NCBI GenBank assembly: GCA_036172245.1
Contig: JAYWIR010000003.1
Location: 5,890,001-5,954,000, forward strand
DNA from: Raillietiella orientalis
Lineage: Eukaryota
Length of the DNA: 64,000 bases
Direction: 5' to 3'
Shown: positions 55,001 through 64,000 of the stretch, one piece after another
How the letters are laid out: each line of letters starts with the position of its first letter
Numbering within the stretch: the first letter of the stretch is position 1
The notes under the pieces: generated by a model
Told to the model about the DNA's origin: nothing
Seen by the model: the letters and a program-made list of their open reading frames with translations, nothing else
Database searches by the model: none
Translations under genes and position numbers: made by a program

Positions 55001-56425
55001 AGTGATTGGATGGGATGCGTGGCTATGACCCTTCTAGAGGGATTCTCGAGTAACTATATGAACGTCACTCCATGCCGGCCACTTTTCAGTGCTCCCATAT
55101 TACGCTATCCATACTGAGTAGGAATTGCGAATTTTTAGCTGGTTGTTAAGCACTGTTGGGAGGGGAGAGGAAAGCCATTGTGAGCTAATCTTGGATGTCT
55201 ATGCACTCGTGGTGAGGGATTCATATTCAGAACATGGGGCCTATCATCGAATCATTTGTTTGGAGACATTTATTAGCTAGATGCGCAGAATTCATGCACA
55301 TTTCCTGCAGTCTCTTTTTCCATTATTCCTTCATTACATAGGGAGCGTGGCAAGTTGCATCTACGAGTGTACGGCCAGCTACATGTAGCTTTTTTTCCCG
55401 CTTGACGTACTAGAGTCCACAACACAGAGAGCTGTTACAGCTACTAGAGGAAAATACTTGATGATTGCATGAGGGCTCTTTAGAAGAATCCTAGCCCAAT
55501 GAACCTTCTTGTGCACATTATGGAAAAGAGTAAGAAAAGACGCTTCTTGTAAAACATGTCTTTCAGATCTTGAATAGCTCTAGGGCACAGCTGATTTCAT
55601 GTCTATATTTACATCCTTCAGATTCAAAACCTCAAATAGTGAATGAATTGCTCACTTCTGAATAATCCTTAGACTGTTTTGCGGACTCTCACTCTCTTTG
55701 CTATTCTACATCGGTAGCCCAATATTTATTCCTCGGAAAGCAAACCAAGGATCCCATATCTGCGTTAATTCTTAAATATATCAGCTTTCCCTAGAATGGG
55801 CTAGGACTCCTTTAGGGCTTATTTAGATATTATTATTACGCCTTATTATTATGATCTTTTTGGTTCAACATCGACCACGACACTCACGTGCTCTCTTGCT
55901 ATTCATTTCACTGGAGGAGCATTTTTTTTTTCATTTCTCTTATAACTTTTCGGTAACGGTATCTTCTTCTCATAAATTCCTTGTTACCTCTCCATTTGTC
56001 TCTTGTTGTTTTTTTGTTTCGTCTGACTCCTCTTTACCTAGCCGCAATAGTTTAGGGAATGTCGGAACTCTCAGAGATTGTCCGACTACGAGCAATTGGT
56101 TCACAACAGCCCAGGAAGAGTAAGTCCAAAAACAATAACATGTAAAGTAATGAAAGTAGTTGCACCTTCCAAACACGAAGTCGTGCTTTTCTTAGAAAAA
56201 GAGACAAGATTATCAGTATTAATGCACTCCTTGATCGAGATGGAACACACATAAGGTTAAGGAGCTGCTGCAAGGCTAATTGACTATTTAAGGTACTTAA
56301 GAAATTATAAAGCAGCTCCTTTTTTCAACAGTGGAAACCTACTGCCTCCTCATATAAGAGAGGCGAATTTTGATTTTTATGCGAGCTAAATAAAAAAAAA
56401 AATTGTTTGTAGATGAAATTGTGAC

Positions 56426-56969
56426 CTACTGCCGGACACCCAGGACAGCCTCCTGATGTTCTATCATGGAGGAATTCTGAGCGAGTCCAAAATGAAATAC
56501 TTCACAGGAGCAAGATAAGGCGAGTTCTGCAAAGCATGCGGGGATGTATACACAAGACTTCATGTCTTGACCTGCCCCACAATACATCCAGACTGGCAGA
56601 CTCTGAAAAGGGTCACAGGGCTGCAGAACTATTCGCCGACGGAAGTCCTGGCCAAGATGTCTCAAGGAAGCGGTAACGTCCCTTATTACAATCCCATAGC
56701 TAGGACGACCATTGCCCTGTTGATTACGGCCATCCTAATCAGATGGTGGAAGATGAGGACCAGTGGAACGGCCGTATCCCCCCTGGAAATCCTGAAAGGG
56801 ATCTTCCGAAGAGAGATCGGCATACGGAATTGTGGTAAAGTGCCAGCATGGACATACCGATATATCCTGAAAAAGGATTGGGTACATTGCCCAAACCCAC
56901 CCAAACCCACCCTAGTGCAGAACCTTAGTGCAGTGACTCCCCGAAGTAAACTTCAATGGAAAAAAAAAA
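56426..56969 (+). mobile_element. L1/Tx1-type LINE 3' fragment (zf-RVT CCHC domain) with A-rich tail
   Basis: FYHGGIL..*GEFCKACGDVYTRLHVLTCPTIHPDW..LIRWWKMR with one in-frame stop, ending at an A10 run (56960-56969). Confidence 0.65.
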
Positions 56970-58866
56970 GTCATGAGCTGTGTTCAAAATGGAGTGGATG
57001 AGACTGTAGTCTGAATGATCAGAAAATAAATGTACCCCACCCCCTGTGGGATTGGGGAAATGTTTGTACATGAAAATGACTGCTAAGATATTCGTGGAAT
57101 CGAGTTGGCATTCCAATATTGCTTCTTATAGTACAACATTTTCATCTTCAGGATCCTTATTATAAGGAAGCATCAGATATTAAAGATGGTAATCGTGTTT
57201 CTTTTTTGTTGCTTTGTGAATCAGGAAATTAGATTCTTTGTTTTGAAAGTTCTGTAAACGATTTTAAGAGCACCATTTTAAGCTTTGGCTAATATCCGGA
57301 GAATAGCCTAAATCGATATTCGTTCTACACACCTGAATTAAGGAATATCAATGAGTATCCATTATCACAACTTGATAACGATTAGTTGTACACGAAAATT
57401 GTATTATAGAAAATTGTACTTCAGTGCAGGTAAGCATACATATTGCTGATAGCTCTATCAAGGTGTCGTAAATAGAAATTAAATAAAGCTCCATTGCGCG
57501 CATTCATTGAACGATTTTCACCTGACTGATGCAACCACTCACTTTTTTAAATAATGAATGATAATAGATAATGAAAGAATGAGAATTATTTAAGCATCAT
57601 CATTTATTTAGGAGATTGTTTGTTTAGCGATAATGGGAATTTACCCATTTCGAAAACAGGGTGACAATTAATGACGTTTTCATGACGCAGAGAGCGAGTC
57701 ATAGGGAGTGTGGCGATAAGATTGCTCTCCCACTTTCAAAGTATTGATCTAAAGAAGTTCTTATTATGCCTTTTTTTTTTTTTTTTTGGATATCTTAAGC
57801 CGATCGGCATAATAAACAGGAAAAATTAAAAGTGTTGTTTTTTTTTTTCCAATGCTCTTCTCTGGTGTCAGGAACAAAATGGCACAACCACAAACACTGC
57901 TGATTTCAAAAGGGACTATTTAAAGCTCTCACTTATCTGCGAAGTTGGGTTTGTGCAAATCGATTGTGAAAGACGGAGGATCAAAAGATTTATCTTCTAA
58001 TTAGTCACGTACGTAGGAAGCGAAAACAATAAATTTCATTTCTTAGGGCAATTTCCTCTCGAAAACCAGCTGTTTTGGAGAAACACAAACGTAACTCACC
58101 GTAGATTGTATTTGACATGTATTTGCTGCTCCAAATCCGTAGAATTAATTTTCATCTGGTTAGTTCATAACCCACGTGATTAATAATATGAATTATCCCA
58201 CCTAATCTACGAATAACTAACCAGTAATTTATTGTACGTAGATGAGTCATCGCGTAGAATTTCGATGGGCCCTGCCTAAAAAGATAATGGAAAGGAAATG
58301 ACAATCGACTTTCAGTCGGTGGACTAACTGTTAACCAAAGCAGCTGTTCACGTTAGTCAAAGGATGGTTATGAATGAAATTGGGGCGTGTTTCAGTGGCT
58401 GTTTATAATGAGTTCGTAATTGGATTACAAACCGTAATCACCTTGTCAAAACAAAATGATTATGAATATACATTTTACATCAGTTGTAAAGTATTCTTAG
58501 ACACATAAATGAGCCAAACAGAAGCATATAGTTCCCGAAATCGCAAAATATATTAGAGATGATTGCAAAATATTCTTAGAATGTTTCTTATTGATTAAAG
58601 TGTTGATTCTTGTAGTTTGCAGTCATTTCACTTTCCTTAACTCTTATGGGTGCGTAAAAATTAGTTCAAGTTATGATGTGTTGTTTGTATCGTGAAGTAA
58701 TTCTTTTTTTTTTTTTTTGAATAATATGGTTTATGTGTCTTAACTGTATTATAAAGATGTATCATGTTAAGTGAAGTTCTGGACATCATCTCTCTCCTTA
58801 TGACCCTGTTACACTAGCAAACATGAATTATTTTTCTACATTGCTTATTTTTTTAGAGCCTTTATA

Positions 58867-60265
58867 ATGGATGATTTCACTAAACAGCCTGGAGTTTCTC
58901 AACCATATATTCCTTCTGCATACCCATTAGGACCAAATGTTGCCCCTACATATCCGAACCCTGCTTATCCTTCAGGTGTCCCTTATTCACCAACTCCTGT
59001 TTATCCACCCAATCCAGATTATGCAGTAAATCCAAACTATCCTCCAAATCAAGGCTATCCACTTAATCCAGGTTATCCATCTAATCCAAGTTATCCACCT
59101 AATCCAAGTTATCCACCTAATCCAAGTTATCCACCAAATGCTGGATATCCAACATATCCTCCAAATGAGGCATATTCTAGTTATCCTGCTGCACCCAAAT
59201 TTACACCAAGTCGCCCATCTGGAGGTGGTAATCCAGGAGCAGGAGCATTTGGGGTACTTCTGTTTCATTTGAATTGAAATGTAAAAAGCCATGCATGCCA
59301 TTTTCTGTTAGGATGATTCAAATGTGGAAGGAATTGGCTTAGGTCAATCTTTTGACTCTGTGGCAATTCGGCATGCCTTTGTACGCAAGGTGTACACTAT
59401 ACTGTCAGTGCAGCTGCTGTTCACAACTGGCATTATTGCCATCTGCATATTTCAGTGAGCTCTGCATGCTACATTCTGTGTATACATCTGTGTTGTAGGC
59501 CAAACGTGCGTTCCTTTGTTCAGCGAAATGCTTGGCTCATGTATTTGTCTTGGTAAGTATATTGCAGTATTGTGGCTGTTAATAGCTTATTGGTAACTTT
59601 GTGCATGAGTGCAGGGCTGTATTTATGGTGGTTTACGTGATGTTGGTTTGCTGTGAGAACTTGCGCCGTAAATACCCTTCTAATTTGGTGCTGTTGGTTA
59701 TTCTGGTAAGTCAATCCTGCTTCAAATGCTGTTGACTCTTGGAAGACCATTGCTATGGGGTATATGACTGCTACAATCTCAAGCTTCTATGGTACAGACA
59801 TAGTCATGTATGCTATTGGCATCACTGCTGTTATCTGCACTCTAGTTACATTGTTTGCAATGCAAACCAAGGTTTGTGAAATTTTTTTTCCAGCATCATG
59901 ACTGTTTTCTTGATCAGTATGATTTGACCAAGTGTTCTGGCTGCTTATGTATCTTCTCCATTATCTTGTTAGTCTTTGGCATCATTGCTGTGGTGCTGTC
60001 TACAGTGGCTCCTGTTTTGCATATTGTATATGCTGGCCTAGCAGCATTACTTTTTACTCTGGTAAAACACTTTATATCCTTTGGCATATTGATCATGCCA
60101 TTCATCCAGTTCTTGGCATTTGACACACAAATGTTGATGGGAGGGCGCAAAATTGAACTCAGTCCAGAAGAATATATTCTGGGAGCCTTGCAACTGTATG
60201 TGGACATCATCTACATCTTCCTCAACATCCTGCAGCTGCTTGGCTACCTTTCAGGAAAAGACTAA
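58867..60265 (+). CDS. protein lifeguard / TMBIM (Bax inhibitor-1 superfamily, GRINA/FAIM2-like), ~366 aa; exons 58867-59253, 59312-59454, 59499-59552, 59615-59705, 59746-59871, 59918-60061, 60110-60265
   Basis: Pro/Tyr-rich N-terminus; FDSVAIRHAFVRKVYTILSVQL; CCENLRRKYPSNL; FAMQTK/YDLT; FLAFDTQMLMGGRKIELSPEEYILGALQLYVDIIYIF (di-aspartate motif). The exons sum to 1101 nt in frame. Confidence 0.95.
59002..59166 (+). repeat. coding 18-nt tandem repeat (YPPNPS) in lifeguard exon 1
   Basis: About 8-9 degenerate copies of TATCCACCTAATCCAAGT. Confidence 0.9.
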
Positions 60266-63200
60266 TTTGATTAAATATCAACTGAAGCATAGGTTCAAAG
60301 ATGTATAGGTTGTATTGGACTTTGGACCAGATTTGTCTATTTTAGAATAGATGTGTGCGCTTTCTTATTAGAGTAACTTCGATTCTTTATATTTATTGTC
60401 TCAGTTCAAATTGTCTCAGTGTTTTCTAGCTTACTGTCAATTAATATTTGAGATGCATGCATGTTTAAAAGCAAATAGTTATGCACATATGTGTATGTAT
60501 AAAATGTACATGAATTCTATTCATAATTGCATTAGAGATTATTTTATCATTTAATTGAATATTACTGATGTTACACTAGAAAAGTATTGTTTTTATGTTA
60601 TTGATTTTTAGTATACTAATTCCATCAACTGTAGCAAAATAAGCCATCTTGTTGGAGAAGGAAGCTGTCAAGTCATCAAAACATTCAAGTTTACAGTCAG
60701 TTGTTGGCTTTGTAAATTCAAGATAATTGTATACTGCTTGCTCATGTGTTTATAAAGGAACAATTTCCATTCAGCATTATGAGTGCCTGTCGGCTGAAAC
60801 ATTGCAGCATAAACGGATTGGTTATTTCAGGAAAGATATTTTAGTTTCATTCGCTGGTGGAAATCCAGAAAGTTGCAAACTTGGTTACTGTGACTGTTTA
60901 AAGGATAAATCATAAAATTTCTGTGCGATTTTACAAATGCACAGGTTTTTATTGTGCAGCAGCAGGTGATGAGTTGGAAAAGGATTGTAAGCAATAGTAA
61001 GCTGAGGAGTGGGAAAGCTGGTGTATGATACTTCAGTTGCTAGTGATGAAAAAAAGCCAAATTTCAGAGCAAGTTTATTTCCATAACCAATACTTTAAAC
61101 TGTCCTCATGCATGTAACATGCATGAATTTCAATCCAGTATGGATAATTCAGCCAGACTACTTGAAAAGTATCTCATCAGTTACAAAGTTTTGGTTGTTA
61201 AAACTCTTTTGGGTAATTTTGTTGTGACAATGTTCGGGATTTTGCAGAGCGTATCAAAGTCTAATTGCGTTTTTTAAGATTGTGCGTGTGCACATCATTC
61301 AAGTGGAAACGCATCATTCTGCACTGTATCCTGCTTTTATTATTTATTTTAGTTACAATAAATGAGTGAAATGGGAAAATTTTCATTATTGTCATGTTTG
61401 CACTCCGGAAATACATTACTGATGCAATCGATTTGTTTCTTTCACGTAATCATGAAAATAAATTATCAGTAAAAGCATGCTCAAGATAGCTTTTTGAATG
61501 GTTCGTCACTATCCATTCGATAGGTAACAAGACGCGCGCTCAACTGGATATTCCACAACTACTGAAATAGCTTCTCTAAAGGTATATGAGGCACAAGCTG
61601 ACAAATGTGATGTCCATTAAACCTATGAAACTAACCGAGATACACACAGGATACATATTTCGATTTATAACAACACGCGTTGCAGAATAGCATCGATCTT
61701 AAACATGCATGCAGTGGTGCACAATCAAGTGCTCAGAACATTTCACCCTCCTATGTTGATCCCCATTCCCCTCCCCCCCACACTCACACCAAATAGCTCT
61801 TTTAATTCTTTGTTGGGATTTTTAGGATTGTAGATTGGACAATTTGTGTTGATTGAGATTCTTTGGTATGCAACTCTCAATACACCACAGAGTCAAGTTT
61901 GATCAACAAAATGCTTTTTTTCTAGCTTGTGCAAGTCAATTTAACCCTCTTTTCGATACCATCTTGCATTTCCGTTTATGAGGAACTTTCAGGCAGTGGC
62001 TTCGGTACTTGTTTGATGCTGCGTGAGGCTTCACCACGCTAAGATGTGCATCGTAACTTCGAGGTAAACCTACGTGATTGCAACCCTTCCCGCGTGACCC
62101 AGAAATGACCACAGAATACGCAACAAGCACAGGCAAGCTAGCAAAGTACCAGCAGAATAACATCTACAACTGAATAACTTCCAGACGGATTCTTTAGATT
62201 GCATGGGTTCGCCATTAGTGCTGGCTCATGCCTGAACTGATGCTATCTGAAACTCCGGAAGAGTAACAGGAAGAGTTTCTGTCAGAGGAGGGGAAAGCGG
62301 CCCTGGGATAAGATGCGTTCTGAAAACGAAAAGTGACTTCCAGCCTAGTTCTAAGAAAGAAAAAAGAGATTGCTACCAGCTTAGTAATTGAATTTTCGAA
62401 CCAAAAATGCTCGATTAAGGAATTAATCAAATGCGACTAATAAGGACCAATAAGCTGACAACAAAAAAAATGCAATCGAGAAAGAATAAAATTGAGAAAA
62501 AAAAACGTGAAGAAGGTAAACCTACGGAAGTTCATCATCTGATTCAAAGAACTGTTAAAAATTCTGCCCATCACGAGCAGTACAGTACACGGTTTAGTAT
62601 TTGAAGAATTCAAAGACAGTGCAATCTTTTATATTATAAAAACAATAAAAGCGAACCATGGTTTGCATTTTAGAATAATGCATCTTCATTCTAATGAAGT
62701 TTTGAATCTGAACCTTCGTTAGTGGATCAACAATTTGGCATCTAGCATCATTTTTCGACAGAAGCGGAGCAGCATCGAAAACGTCATCTTGCTCGGGAAA
62801 TGCCAACCACTGTGGACTTTGCGTCAGCACTCATTTGCAAAAATAATGTGCTACTGCAAAATAAGTGTCATTAATGTAGCACACATATTCCAAAAAATCC
62901 TTTTTTGTACTCCTATAGGAAAGAATATTCTTGAAGGTCTCTTAGCCAGGGTGACCGTTTGATTGTCGTTAACAGTTTAGTGAACTCGGCCGAATCTACT
63001 GTGTATGAGCAATCAGCAGAGGGTGTTTTTTTTTTTTTGGACCTTCCTTTCGTCAAAGTGCAACTCCCATGATCAGCCATAAGGTTGAATCATTCGAGCA
63101 TTTCGGTTTTAGCGAAGGAATACAATAAGTCAGAAGCTAGCAGAACTTTCCGTGAGAATTCAATAAACGAAGGGGTGCTGGGGACTTGCTTCCACTCTAG

Positions 63201-64000
63201 TTTGCGAGGAAAATTCTCATTGGTCATGTGCACTTTAAGAGCTAATCCGCACAATCTGAAGTGGACTAGTCATAACAAGGAGCGGACGTCCATGCAGCAA
63301 GGGCACATCATTTCGCAGTTTCAAAGCCTGGTGAGAGAAACGGTTATTTACCATGTTTAGTCCTTAATTCTGATAAAGGTGACTTGGTAGAAAGAATGTG
63401 TCCCAAAGAATCTGTATATCTGCCGAAAAGGGTCCAAAGTTGTGGGTTAATTCTTCTTCCAAAAGTCACTTTGGATTATTGGAATGCATCACAGTGAGTT
63501 TCTTGGAATTGTAAACATGCATCCGCCAATGTTTGGTTTCTTGCCTCGAAACAGCCGAATTGAGCCGATTTAGCAGATTGGTTTGTTTTCTTTTTTTCTT
63601 TATGAATACACTGAAATAAAAGAAGAAGAAAAACGCCTCACATAATGCGTTAGTGGCGTCCTTGGTTTTCCTATTCATTTGAAGATTTCTCTGAGAGTGT
63701 ACATCCGTGAGCATTTCTGTTCCAGTCTATGGATCAAAGGGTCATCTTTTCTCTAAAGGAGTGGCAACATTGTTTTCTCCTTTTCGAAAAGGCAGCAAAC
63801 GATCCAAGATGTCTGCGGATGGCTACACCAGGAGAGAACACCGAGAGAATTAATAAATTTCATGCGCCGTGAGAAACTGCATTCTGCTTAGTACGTATTT
63901 CCGAAGATTCGGAAACGTTAGAACGTCTACTATACCAACTGCAGGGAGCATGGATGCAGGTCAATTTTATAGAAGTGTATTAGGGAAACGGCAGAGTGGA

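Noticed and set aside
62215..62830. Possible terminal exons of a minus-strand gene
   Set aside because: Splice-like signals only, with no recognisable protein similarity.

Overview
Eukaryotic genomic DNA from an invertebrate, probably an arthropod. The aPKC, V-ATPase a, GABP-beta and U2 sequences look insect/crustacean-like by recall; the species cannot be assigned. I reconstructed four apparently intact spliced genes by hand: PMS1 (minus, 15275-17936), V-ATPase V0 subunit a (plus, 26627-33364, with two mutually exclusive exons), GABP-beta (minus, 39210-41049) and Lifeguard/TMBIM (plus, 58867-60265). The window also holds the 5' half of an SLC22 transporter, an aPKC pseudogene with a nested antisense histone H2A pseudogene, a decayed Utopia retrotransposon joined to the 3' part of a U2 snRNA gene, and several other TE relics. 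Three observations stand out. (1) A ~570-nt array of about 14 short hairpins with a shared bulged-stem motif lies inside a tRNA-headed, poly(A)-tailed ~890-bp element with a candidate target-site duplication (7722-8641). (2) Introns are very short and tightly sized (mostly 38-50 nt), and several lack a polypyrimidine tract. (3) Housekeeping gene bodies are CpG-poor while the DNA between them is CpG-rich. All homology calls come from recognised motifs, not database searches.
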